From NCBI GenBank assembly GCA_035404205.1, contig DAONGQ010000003.1, positions 1 to 43,572 of the forward strand: 43,572 bases of DNA, read 5' to 3'. The stretch's first letter is position 1. Each line of letters starts with the position of its first letter. A program made the translations under genes and the position numbers. Below the pieces are notes generated by a model. It was not told the origin of the DNA and ran no database searches. It saw only the letters and a list, made by a program, of their open reading frames with translations. The DNA comes from Minisyncoccota bacterium. Lineage in GTDB: Bacteria > Patescibacteriota > Minisyncoccia > UBA6257 > JAVHQB01. This document shows positions 1 through 8,701 of this stretch, piece by piece.

Positions 1-1128
1 TATTTGAAATTTAACTTTGAAATTTTGAAATTCTTGAAAACTTTCAAAAATAGGTAAAGCGTAAAGAAAATAACCGCCATTATTGTGATTAGATATCTCC
101 TGGGTTAAATCGATTTCTCCTAAATTTTGCCATTCATTATGATAAAAATAGCTAATAACTATTTTCCCATCCGTTTGTTTCTCTCCAGCTAAAGAAAACC
201 TCAATTGAACGTTTTGAGAAACCATTTGATTAAAAACGTCCTCTCCCAAATCAAAACCAGATAAAATTAATGCAGAGGAATTTAACCCTTCTTTTTTATC
301 AATCTTGGTCTCTGGTACTGTTGAGGTTGAAGTCTTTAAATCAGTAGAATTTGTGGTCTCTAAAACTGTCTCGTCAGTATTTTTCTCTGACAGTGTAGAA
401 GTAGGTGTAGTAATACCTTCTTCTATTACTGCGGGCTCAGTGGTAGTTTTTGTAACAGTTGTTTCAGGAGAATCTATTGCTGCAACAGGAAGGGTAAAGG
501 TAGTAGAAGCAATTGTAGTTGTGGTTGTAGTCGCAGTGATTGTTGTTGTGGTATCAATAGTAGTAGTTTCCTCTACAATAGTTGTTGTTTCTTCTGCTTT
601 GACCCAAGGGACAAAAAAAGAAAAAATATTCCCAAGAAAAGATATTGGTGAAGTAGTGCTAGTAGTTGACTCGATATTATTTACTGCTGGAGTAGTGATT
701 GTCGTCGTCGGTTCGATGTTGTCTACTACCGGAATCGTACTTGTCGTCGTTGTCGTCGTTGTTGCCGTTGTCGTAGTCGTAGTTGTAGTTGGTACGGTAT
801 TATTCAAGATTGTTGTTGCTGTTTCTTCTAGTGTCGTAGCACTTGAGCTATCTAGGGTCGGAATATATGTTGACCCTTGGATAAAGGCAGAATTATTGTC
901 ATTAAAATCTCCTATAGATGCATCCTCTGATAAATCTTGATTAAAAACATTTTGAGGATTCTGCCAAGTAACATCACCAATGGATTCTATAGAATAGTTA
1001 GAGGGTAAAATTTTTATTTGCTCATCAGCTTTTACAAATTTTTTTAAACACGAGCCTAAAAAAACCAGACCGCAAAGACCTGATGCGATGATACCAAAGG
1101 TAATTAAAAATTTTCTGTCTACGTGCAT
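1..1128 (-). CDS. Thr-rich secreted or membrane-anchored protein; its C-terminal end is cut off by the window edge (376 codons visible)
   Basis: Absent from the ORF track because it runs off the window. Hand translation of the minus strand from the ATG at 1128-1126 gives MHVDRKFLITFGIIASGLCGLVFLGSC (signal anchor), then Thr runs (TTTTTTTATTTTTTTST, TTTITATTTTTTIASTT), then a non-repetitive domain. The frame stays open to position 1. The V-rich plus-strand ORF 305..940 is its antisense shadow. Confidence 0.75.
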   Translation of the reverse strand, partial: MHVDRKFLITFGIIASGLCGLVFLGSCLKKFVKADEQIKILPSNYSIESIGDVTWQNPQNVFNQDLSEDASIGDFNDNNSAFIQGSTYIPTLDSSSATTLEETATTILNNTVPTTTTTTTTATTTTTTTSTIPVVDNIEPTTTITTPAVNNIESTTSTTSPISFLGNIFSFFVPWVKAEETTTIVEETTTIDTTTTITATTTTTTIASTTFTLPVAAIDSPETTVTKTTTEPAVIEEGITTPTSTLSEKNTDETVLETTNSTDLKTSTSTVPETKIDKKEGLNSSALILSGFDLGEDVFNQMVSQNVQLRFSLAGEKQTDGKIVISYFYHNEWQNLGEIDLTQEISNHNNGGYFLYALPIFESFQEFQNFKVKFQI

Positions 1129-1206
1129 CAAAAATGGAAACCTAAAGATTTGTGAGATAACTAATTATTATAACTCAGTGGTCCGGGTTTCTCAAATAAA
1201 AAAATG

Positions 1207-2256
1207 TCAATCTGAAAGATTACGACCCGCCAATTGCCCGCAAGCTCCACTAATATCTCTTCCAAAACTTACCCTGCGCGTCCAATTGATTTTATTTTTT
1301 GAAAGAATATCTTCAAATATTTTTAAAGTATTAGCATCGGGAGTTTTAAAGGTATCCCAATGACCATAATTATCTTTTGTGGCATTATAAACGATCAAGT
1401 TTACCATACTGAGCCGCGAAATATTTTTATATTTACCAATAAGTTCAACCAATGTCTCTGCTTGTTTTGGGCTATCGTTAAGTCCTCCCAAAAGCAAGTA
1501 TTCTATCATTAACTTTCTGTTGGTTTTTAGTACGTAATCATCTAGAACGGGCATTAATTGCGCCAAAGGATAGGTTTTATTTATAGGCATAATTTTTGAA
1601 CGCAAATCATTGGTAGGCGCATGCAGAGAAATAGCCAAATTAACTTGCCAAGTTTCTTTGGTAAAAGTTTCAATTCCAGGAACAATTCCGCTAGTGGAGA
1701 CCGAGATATGTCTTTGTCCTAAATTAAAACCGTCTTTATCGTTTAAGAGTAAAATGGCTTTTTTGACATTATCATAATTCAAAAAAGGCTCCCCCATTCC
1801 CATAAAGACTACATTAGTAACCCTCTCTCCTTGAGATTTAAGATAGCGAGCAAAAGACAAAACCTGCTCGAAAATTTCATATTGAGTTAGAACCCTTTTG
1901 AAGCCCAAGTGGCCAGTAGCGCAAAAAGAACAATTAATTTGGCAACCGGCTTCAGTGGAAACACAAATTGTTCTTCGTCCGTCTTCATGTTTAATGAGGA
2001 CACTCTCAATAGCAAGTCCATCAGCCGTAAGAAACAAGCGTTTAATAGCGCCATCAGCCGCCTTTCGTTCTGTTTTCAGAGTCAGTTCATTAAACGGAAT
2101 AAGTTTAGCTAAACTCTCTCTTAGCCCTTGCGGTATATTATCAATAAAATTAAAGCCGTCTTTCAGGTCTCTATAAATAGCTAATTTAATCTGCTGCAAC
2201 CGATAGGCAGGCTCTCCTAATTCTTCTAAGATTTTTTGCAGTTTGTCCCAATCCAT
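1207..2256 (-). CDS. rlmN: 23S rRNA/tRNA adenine-C2 methyltransferase, radical SAM (RlmN family)
   Basis: Radical-SAM motif GCQINCSFCATG, downstream MGMGEP and a C-terminal GACGQL, typical of RlmN/Cfr. ATG start, TGA stop. Confidence 0.9.
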   Translation of the reverse strand: MDWDKLQKILEELGEPAYRLQQIKLAIYRDLKDGFNFIDNIPQGLRESLAKLIPFNELTLKTERKAADGAIKRLFLTADGLAIESVLIKHEDGRRTICVSTEAGCQINCSFCATGHLGFKRVLTQYEIFEQVLSFARYLKSQGERVTNVVFMGMGEPFLNYDNVKKAILLLNDKDGFNLGQRHISVSTSGIVPGIETFTKETWQVNLAISLHAPTNDLRSKIMPINKTYPLAQLMPVLDDYVLKTNRKLMIEYLLLGGLNDSPKQAETLVELIGKYKNISRLSMVNLIVYNATKDNYGHWDTFKTPDANTLKIFEDILSKNKINWTRRVSFGRDISGACGQLAGRNLSD

Positions 2257-2392
2257 AAAAATGAGTATAACATAGACGCTACAGAAAAATTCAGTTTATA
2301 AAGTTCTTAGAGTTCTTGGAGTTTATAAAGTAAGATATCTTAAAAGTCCAAAGTCCAAAGCTCAAAATTTAAATGCTAAAGGAAAGTTTCTC

Positions 2393-2421
2393 TTGTCAAA
2401 AAGGCCTGAAACAGCTAAGAT
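2393..2421 (+). promoter_or_regulatory. Candidate sigma70-type promoter for the GT2/GT-C gene pair
   Basis: TTGTCA (2393-2398), 17-nt spacer, TAAGAT (2416-2421), about 28 nt upstream of the ATG at 2449. Confidence 0.35.
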
Positions 2422-2448
2422 AAATTTATTCTGTTTTTATCGGCTTAA

Positions 2449-3129
2449 ATGAATTTCTCTCTTATTTTACCAATATATAACGAAGAAAGGAATATCGATT
2501 CGGCTGTTTCCCTCCTTTTGCAAAATTTTCCAGAAACGGAGCTTATTTTAGTTAATGACGGCAGCACAGACGCGACTGCTTCAATTTTAGAAAAATATGC
2601 TAAGACCGCCAAGGTTATAAACTACGCTCGTAATATGGGCAAGGGCTATGCTATCAAACAAGGCGTCCTGGCGGCTACGACAGACTATATAATCTTTTGT
2701 GATGCCGATATTCCTTTTGGTATTAATGGTATAAAACAATTAGTGGAAAAGTTAGAAATTAATCCTGGCTTAGACATCGTAATTACAGAAAAAATTAAAC
2801 CTACCGAAAGCTTTGTTTATCATTTAGCAAAGCAAATTGTGAGAAAAATAATTTTTCTCCTCACCGGCTTAAAATTTAATGATACCCAAGCAGGGCTGAA
2901 AGGTTTTAAAAAAGAAGTCGCCAAAAAGATATTCTCCCACAGCTTTATTAATCGCTTTGCCATAGATATTGAAATCCTTTATTTAGCTAAAAAATTCCAG
3001 TACTCAGTCGGCACCATATCTATGCCAGTCACGGAGAACTACATGCGTTCCAGCAAATTTACAATGAAGGAAGGTTGGTATCTATTTAAAGACATATTTA
3101 AAATTTATTTTCACCATTACAATGTTTAA
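2449..3129 (+). CDS. Family 2 glycosyltransferase, polyprenyl-phosphate sugar synthase type (GtrB/CsbB/DPM1-like)
   Basis: N-terminal SLILPIYNEE...LVNDGSTD...CDADIPF (GT-A fold, DxD-like). The 226-aa size is typical of polyprenol-P-sugar synthases. The stop overlaps the next gene by 8 nt. Confidence 0.8.
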   Translation: MNFSLILPIYNEERNIDSAVSLLLQNFPETELILVNDGSTDATASILEKYAKTAKVINYARNMGKGYAIKQGVLAATTDYIIFCDADIPFGINGIKQLVEKLEINPGLDIVITEKIKPTESFVYHLAKQIVRKIIFLLTGLKFNDTQAGLKGFKKEVAKKIFSHSFINRFAIDIEILYLAKKFQYSVGTISMPVTENYMRSSKFTMKEGWYLFKDIFKIYFHHYNV

Positions 3130-5206
3130 ACAATTGCTAAGCAAAGCAACCCGTGCCAACGGCCCAAAAGACAAAAGAAAAATAAATGAAATACTTTTAA
3201 CCATTTTTGTCTTTGCTTTCATTTATATTTTTATCTTCACCGCCATTCCCGCTAAATATCTATTTACCAATACCGATTTGGCCGGAGGTGATACTGGTTC
3301 TCATATCTACATCCCCTGGTATGCTAAAGAGATATTTCCTAAAATAAAATGGTGGTCACCAGATTGGTACAGCGGTTTCCCCTTTCTCTATTTTTATCCC
3401 CCGCTGCTTTATACTGCCACTGTCATGCTTGGTTTTGCGCTCCCATTGGCAATAAGCTTCAAATGGATAACTTTCCTGTCCATTGCCGTTTTTCCTATAG
3501 CTGCTTATCTTTGTTTGAAATTTCTTAAGGTTGATTTCCCCGGACCACAAGCAGGAGCAGCTTTCATTACTCTTTTAATGTTCTTTGAAGGTTTTAATAC
3601 TTATGGCGGAAACTGGCCCAGTACTTTAGCTGGTCAATTTTCCCATACCTTCAGTATTGCCATATTTTTTGTATTCATTGGATTGATGTATAAGGGCATT
3701 AAAGAGAAGCGTTACTTGGTTGCCAACGCTATTTTAGGCGCAGCGGTTATTTTATCCCACCCCATTTCGGGACTTTTTCTTATTGCCCTAGCGCCATTCT
3801 TTCTTTTGATTAATGGCAATTTTAAAGAAAAGCTAAAATATATCTTCTTCACCTATGTAGGCATTTTCCTCTTGTCAGCTTTTTGGACTTTAAGCATGGT
3901 CTGGTACAAGGGCTATTCAGGAACCATGAGTTGGACCAACGAAGTAAAGTGGAGCTTGATTGCCCCCAAACTCTGGTTAGGATGGATTATATTAGCTTCA
4001 CTGGGAATTATATGGCTTTTTATTAAAAAGGATGATCGGATGAGAATTATGTTACCAGTAGCCATTGGTTCAATGCTTCTCTATCTCTTCTTAAATCACA
4101 CCACCGTTTGGAATACTCGTTTTCTTCCTTATTACCTGTTTAGTCTTCTTTTAATGGCTGCCTATGGTTTTAGTCTGATAGGACGAATCAAGCTCTTCAA
4201 AAAGAACTTGTGGCTCCTCGATATTATTCTTATTCTGACTTTAGTCATTACCCTAAATTACACTAAGAAGGAAACTTCTTATACTGCCTCGTGGTTCAAA
4301 TGGAACTATGAAGGCTATCAGGTTAAAGATAATTATCAGGACTTAGACAGCTTATATTATTTCCTAAGAAGCTTGCCGCCCGGACGAGTGATGTGGGAAT
4401 ACAGACCAGAATATGATAAGTATGGCACCCCGCGCGTTTTAGAAACCATTCCTATGCACACTGGCCACCCCACTTTTGAGGGATTGCTCATAGAATCCGG
4501 TTTAACTGGTCCCTTTCACTTCATTAACCAAGCCGAAACTACCAAAAACCCCACCACCGCTATTGCCGGTTTTGAATATCCACCATTTGATTTCACAAAA
4601 GGCATAAAACATTTGCAAGCCTCAGGCGCAGAATATTTTGTTGCCTATACAGAGGAGATTAAAAAGTTAGCCAATGATAATCAAAACCTTACTTTCCTGC
4701 AAAATACCGGCGCTTTTAATATCTACAAGGTAGCTAACGCGCCTCTGGTAGAACCGATTAATAATTTTACCATCAAAACCAAAGCTAAAGACTGGTTAAA
4801 AGAGGATGCCGTTCCTTGGTATAAAAATGGCGATTTAAAAACACCAATTATTTTCACCAGCTCGCAAGAGGAAAATAATATGTGGCAACAATTGCTTTCT
4901 TCGGCTAGACCCCAAGGACAAGCAGCTACTAAGATAGTTGCTACTAATGACTCTTTGAGTTTTGACGCGCCAGTAATAGGTATTCCCTATGTGGTCAAAA
5001 TATCCTATTTTCCCACCTGGAAGGTTAGCGGTGCCAGGGGCCCCTATTTAGTCTCGCCCGCTTATATGGCAGTGATACCCACTCAAGAGCATGTTACTCT
5101 AAAATTTGGTTATGGCCCCATTGATTACATTGGCTATGGCCTTACCCTCCTAGGCGTTCCTTATATATTATTTGCTATTAAAAAAGGCAAAAAGAAAGAT
5201 AATTAA
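3122..5206 (+). CDS. Large polytopic membrane protein, putative GT-C fold extracytoplasmic glycosyltransferase (YfhO / PTPS-related membrane protein-like)
   Basis: 694 aa with many hydrophobic segments in the first ~400 aa and a soluble C-terminal domain. An early-loop motif, GGDTGSHIYIPWY, resembles the GxDxxxH loop of YfhO-type GT-C enzymes. The overlap with the GT2 gene suggests translational coupling. Confidence 0.55.
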   Translation: MFKQLLSKATRANGPKDKRKINEILLTIFVFAFIYIFIFTAIPAKYLFTNTDLAGGDTGSHIYIPWYAKEIFPKIKWWSPDWYSGFPFLYFYPPLLYTATVMLGFALPLAISFKWITFLSIAVFPIAAYLCLKFLKVDFPGPQAGAAFITLLMFFEGFNTYGGNWPSTLAGQFSHTFSIAIFFVFIGLMYKGIKEKRYLVANAILGAAVILSHPISGLFLIALAPFFLLINGNFKEKLKYIFFTYVGIFLLSAFWTLSMVWYKGYSGTMSWTNEVKWSLIAPKLWLGWIILASLGIIWLFIKKDDRMRIMLPVAIGSMLLYLFLNHTTVWNTRFLPYYLFSLLLMAAYGFSLIGRIKLFKKNLWLLDIILILTLVITLNYTKKETSYTASWFKWNYEGYQVKDNYQDLDSLYYFLRSLPPGRVMWEYRPEYDKYGTPRVLETIPMHTGHPTFEGLLIESGLTGPFHFINQAETTKNPTTAIAGFEYPPFDFTKGIKHLQASGAEYFVAYTEEIKKLANDNQNLTFLQNTGAFNIYKVANAPLVEPINNFTIKTKAKDWLKEDAVPWYKNGDLKTPIIFTSSQEENNMWQQLLSSARPQGQAATKIVATNDSLSFDAPVIGIPYVVKISYFPTWKVSGARGPYLVSPAYMAVIPTQEHVTLKFGYGPIDYIGYGLTLLGVPYILFAIKKGKKKDN

Positions 5207-5223
5207 GGAAGCCGAGGAGAAAA

Positions 5224-5254
5224 CAAAAAAAGAAGGGTTTGAACCCTTCTTTTT
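5224..5254. terminator. Bidirectional intrinsic terminator between convergent genes
   Basis: An A-run, the hairpin gaaggg-tttgaa-cccttc (5231-5248), then ttttt. Confidence 0.7.
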
Positions 5255-5282
5255 AATATTTATAGAGATATGAAAAGAAAAC

Positions 5283-5340
5283 AAAAAGGACCCTTGCGGG
5301 ACCTAATTGTTACTTGGCAGCTCTTGCGAACTACTAAGCT
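5283..5340 (-). ncRNA. Candidate small RNA or structured 3' element: two GCAA-capped hairpins, the second followed by a U-tract
   Basis: Read on the minus strand: CUUAGUAGUUC-GCAA-GAGCUGCCAAG (5339-5314) and AGGUCCC-GCAA-GGGUCCU + UUUUU (5304-5283). Both loops are GNRA only on the minus strand. A possible promoter lies at 5347-5374: TTGACA, 16-nt spacer, TAAACT. Confidence 0.3.
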
Positions 5341-5489
5341 ATTATGAGTTTAGCAAATTAGAGGGTTTTGTCAAGCAGGCCTAAAGGAGATTGCCTGATT
5401 GTTACTAAATGGCGTCAAAGCCCATGGATACTGATTTAAAGACCAGCGGCTGCAAGTAATGGAAAAAGTTATCCACAGTCAGCGTTATT

Positions 5490-5729
5490 TTAAACCAAAA
5501 CATTATTATTATTTTCATTTTTGCCCTTCTCTAACTCTTGGCTTAAGGATTTAAAAGTATTCTCCGCTTTGGCAATTTGTTCTCGGCAAAATTTAATAAT
5601 CTCAATGCCTTCTTTAAATTTGTCTAAGCCTATCTCCAAGTCAATATTGGGGCTGTTCAATTCGGAAGTTAAAGCATCTAATTTAGCGAGCGCCTCCCTA
5701 AGGGTTATTTCTTTTTTCTCTGTTTTCAT
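5490..5729 (-). CDS. xseB: Exodeoxyribonuclease VII small subunit
   Basis: A 79-aa helical protein (ALAKLDALTSELNSPNIDLEIGLDKFKEGIEIIKFCREQIAKAE) placed directly downstream of xseA. Confidence 0.85.
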   Translation of the reverse strand: MKTEKKEITLREALAKLDALTSELNSPNIDLEIGLDKFKEGIEIIKFCREQIAKAENTFKSLSQELEKGKNENNNNVLV

Positions 5730-5768
5730 AAAATATATAATATTAAATAATTTATTATCTTTAATAAT

Positions 5769-7298
5769 TTAAAAGTCAGCTTTAATTTTTTCTATTCTAG
5801 ATTCTGCCGAGCCGTCTTTTACTTTGAGCTTCACTATTTCCCCTATCTTTAAATCATTCGCGCTTTTTACCAAATGATTGGCCTCATCATAAATCAAACT
5901 ATAGCCTCGTTGTAATGGCTTTTCTGGATTCATCTCGGCAAAAATTCTAGCTTTTAAACTTAATTCTTGCTTCGACAGCTCTAAAACATTTGTCACCTTG
6001 CTAGATAAAACTTTTTCTGCCTGAGACAGCTGGCTGTAAAACTCTTGAATTTTAAACCGATAACTATTCAAAACATTCGCGAAAGCGCTTTCTTTTAAAC
6101 GCCAACTTCCGAAAATATTAGTTAGGCCAGTTTTAAGGGTAACGGTTTTGTGGTCAAGCAATAGACTCTTGCTATAAAGATTATTTTCTAAGCTTTGTTT
6201 CAGCGCAAATTCGCTTTCCGCCAAAGTCTGCAGAATTTCTTCGTATTGGTTTCTGAAGTAGGCGGCTACAGCTGTAGGAGTAGAAAGACTTTTATCTGCC
6301 ACCATATCAGCGATACTTAAATCTTTTTCGTGACCGATACCGGTAATTACAGGGATACGAGAATTAAAAATAGCTTCAGCTATTTTTTCGGAATTAAAAA
6401 CTTTAAGATTCTCGACGCCACCACCACCTCTAATTAATACTATGGCATCAAGATTGCCCTTCAGATTAAGCGTATGCAAAGCTTTAATTATTTCCCCTTC
6501 CGCTAAATCACCCTCTACATGAGTATCTATTTGCCAAATAGTGATACCCCAATCACCTAAATTTTTTTTAAAATCAGTAATAGCTGCTCCCGTTTCCGAG
6601 GTAATCAGACCAATTTCTCGTACCGGCATCGGTATAGGCCTTTTTCTCTCCGGAGAAAAATAACCCAGTTTTTCTAACTTGACTTTTAATAATTCTAAAG
6701 CCTTTTGCCAAGCCCCTTGTCCAACCGGTTCTATCTTCTCCAATCTCAGGTTAAAACGACCTGTTTGGTAAAGACTGGGGCGGCCAGTCACAATTACCTC
6801 TAAACCGTTTTCCAATAAATAACTATAATTTTCAAACTCCTGAAACCCCAAAAAGCAATTAATAACGTAATTATTAAAATTGGAATCTTTAAGGTCAAAA
6901 TAAGCCTTATCTCCTTTAAGACTCAAACCGCCAATCTCGCCCTTGACCGCCACTACCCCCAAACCCCCTAAGGCTTTATTGGCTAGGCTCATAAATTCAG
7001 CAACAGTAAGAACCAAAGATTTAGCTCCCGCGCTTGCTGGCTCGGAAATGGTATTCTTTTCCCAAGCATTGCCAGTATCGCTAGAAGAAATTAGCGCTAG
7101 ATATTCTTGGCCGTAAGCGGCTATTTTCTTTTGCCCCCAACCTTTAATATTTTTTAGTTCTTCTAGATTGGTAGGTCGCGAAGCCGCGGTGCGTTCCAGG
7201 GTATCATTACTAAAAACATAAAAAAGAGCTTTGCCTTCCCGGCGAGCTATTTCCTCTCTTTTTCTTTTAAATAAATCTAATAATTGTCTATCATCCAT
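5769..7298 (-). CDS. xseA: Exodeoxyribonuclease VII large subunit with an N-terminal HRDC-like domain
   Basis: OB-fold segment VAVKGEIGGLSLKGDKAYFDLKD, catalytic core LIRGGGGVENLKVFNSE...ITGIGHEKD and a C-terminal coiled coil. The first ~70 aa (LLDLFKRKREEIARREGKALFYVFSNDTLERTAASRPTNLEELKNIKGWGQKKIAAYGQEYL) match the HRDC pattern. Confidence 0.85.
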   Translation of the reverse strand: MDDRQLLDLFKRKREEIARREGKALFYVFSNDTLERTAASRPTNLEELKNIKGWGQKKIAAYGQEYLALISSSDTGNAWEKNTISEPASAGAKSLVLTVAEFMSLANKALGGLGVVAVKGEIGGLSLKGDKAYFDLKDSNFNNYVINCFLGFQEFENYSYLLENGLEVIVTGRPSLYQTGRFNLRLEKIEPVGQGAWQKALELLKVKLEKLGYFSPERKRPIPMPVREIGLITSETGAAITDFKKNLGDWGITIWQIDTHVEGDLAEGEIIKALHTLNLKGNLDAIVLIRGGGGVENLKVFNSEKIAEAIFNSRIPVITGIGHEKDLSIADMVADKSLSTPTAVAAYFRNQYEEILQTLAESEFALKQSLENNLYSKSLLLDHKTVTLKTGLTNIFGSWRLKESAFANVLNSYRFKIQEFYSQLSQAEKVLSSKVTNVLELSKQELSLKARIFAEMNPEKPLQRGYSLIYDEANHLVKSANDLKIGEIVKLKVKDGSAESRIEKIKADF

Positions 7299-7301
7299 AT
7301 G

Positions 7302-8066
7302 CTAATTTTTAATGTCCAAAAGGACTGGACAATGGTCAGAGCCTTTAATATCGTTCAATATTCGGCAATCTTTAACATCTTTAATGCAATCATTATTAAC
7401 AAAAAAATAATCTAAGCGCCAGCCAACATTTCTCTCTCGGGCAGCGGTTCTGTAGGCCCACCAACTATATTTAATTTCCTGAGGGTGCAAGTAACGAAAA
7501 ACATCAATGAAACCGCCTGCTAAAAACCTGTCCAGCCAATGTCTTTCTATCGGTAAGAAGCCTGTATGTTTTTCGTTATCCTTGGGCCGAGCCAAATCTA
7601 TTTCCTTGTGAGCGGTATTAAAATCGCCGGCTAAAATTATTTTCTCTTGGCGCGCTAGCATAGGTTGTAAATAGGCCGCCAATCTGTCAGAAAAATCCAA
7701 TTTGTAATCAACACGGCTCAGGTCTCTTTTGCCATTAGGGATGTAAACAGAGAAGATATTGCAGTGGTCAATCTTTATTTGGGTAATTCTTCCCTCCTTC
7801 TTAAACTCTTCGTCAGTTATCGGTATAACGCTAGCTTTAATATTATTTTTGTATAAGATAGCTGTTCCGCTATAGCCAGCTTTGATGGCAGAATTCCAAG
7901 CTATTTTATAGTCCTTGAATTCTTGGTCTAATTGCCCCATTTCTTTATCCCCGATTTTAATCTCTTGCAAACAAATGATGTCGGGGTCATAAGTCTCTAT
8001 CAAGGGTAACCAATGATGACGCAAAACCGCCCTTAAACCATTTACATTCCAGGTAATAATTATCAT
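7302..8066 (-). CDS. xth: Exodeoxyribonuclease III / AP endonuclease
   Basis: IITWNVNGLRA, CLQE, GDFNTAH and SDHCPV motifs of the EEP/ExoIII family. Confidence 0.92.
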   Translation of the reverse strand: MIIITWNVNGLRAVLRHHWLPLIETYDPDIICLQEIKIGDKEMGQLDQEFKDYKIAWNSAIKAGYSGTAILYKNNIKASVIPITDEEFKKEGRITQIKIDHCNIFSVYIPNGKRDLSRVDYKLDFSDRLAAYLQPMLARQEKIILAGDFNTAHKEIDLARPKDNEKHTGFLPIERHWLDRFLAGGFIDVFRYLHPQEIKYSWWAYRTAARERNVGWRLDYFFVNNDCIKDVKDCRILNDIKGSDHCPVLLDIKN

Positions 8067-8070
8067 ATAA

Positions 8071-8673
8071 TTAGGGATGGGTATCCAGTACTTCTTTAAT
8101 AACTTGAAAATCTTTTTTTAGGTCATCAAACATGTGACTATTGTAAACCGCTACTGCAGGATGATAAAGAGGCACCACCGTATAACTTTTACCAGTTTGC
8201 TTGCTTTTCACTGCAAATTTCTTTCCTCTTAGTTGGCTAATACCCAATTGGCTTTCCGCCACACCGAATTGCTCAAGGATAAAATGAGTCGCATAATTGC
8301 CTAAAGTGCCTATTACTGTTGGCTCTATAATATCTATTTGCCTTAAAAGGTAAGGAGTACAGGCTAGAATTTCATCTACAGCTGGCTGGCGATTTTGAGG
8401 AGGACGGTCTTTCAAGATATTAGCAATATAAACGTTATCTCTTCTGATGGCCACCGAGGTCAAAAGAAGGTTTAGCACTTGGCCAGAACGTCCACAAAAC
8501 GGCACGCCAGTTTTATCTTCATTAGCGCCAGGGGCCTCCCCAATAAACATGATTTGGGCGTTATGATCGCCCTGACCGATGACTGGTAGGGTACGGGTTT
8601 TATACAACTCGCATTTTTTGCAATTAATTACTTCCTCTTTAATGGCTAATAGTAAATTGTCTTTTGGGTCCAT
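8071..8673 (-). CDS. udg: Uracil-DNA glycosylase, family 4 (Fe-S type)
   Basis: CKKCELY...[25 protein letters not shown]...HPAV, the family-4 UDG signature with its Cys ligands. Confidence 0.88.
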   Translation of the reverse strand: MDPKDNLLLAIKEEVINCKKCELYKTRTLPVIGQGDHNAQIMFIGEAPGANEDKTGVPFCGRSGQVLNLLLTSVAIRRDNVYIANILKDRPPQNRQPAVDEILACTPYLLRQIDIIEPTVIGTLGNYATHFILEQFGVAESQLGISQLRGKKFAVKSKQTGKSYTVVPLYHPAVAVYNSHMFDDLKKDFQVIKEVLDTHP

Positions 8674-8701
8674 AATTATCCACCAAAACTTTTCTGATAA
8701 A

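Noticed and set aside
305-940. A 211-aa plus-strand ORF made almost entirely of Val/Ser/Gly/Ile runs.
   Set aside because: It is the antisense reading of ACN (Thr) codon runs in the minus-strand gene at 1..1128. That gene has a proper ATG, a signal anchor and non-repetitive flanking domains. The same applies to ORFs 10317..10532 and 10368..10583, which lie inside the 753-aa gene.
2281-2370. Short direct repeats in the rlmN/GT2 divergent spacer: agtttataaagt twice, agttctt twice, and aagtccaaagtccaaagctcaaa.
   Set aside because: They are very short, AT-rich and imperfect. That fits ordinary promoter-region low complexity, and no further structure or coding potential is visible.
5470-5478. A perfect consensus DnaA box, TTATCCACA, in the 283-bp convergent spacer, raising the question of an oriC.
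   Set aside because: It is a single box. There is no cluster of boxes, no adjacent AT-rich unwinding element pattern, and no dnaA/dnaN nearby. By my estimate roughly 0.3 chance occurrences of a given 9-mer are expected in 43.6 kb counting both strands, so this hit is not significant.
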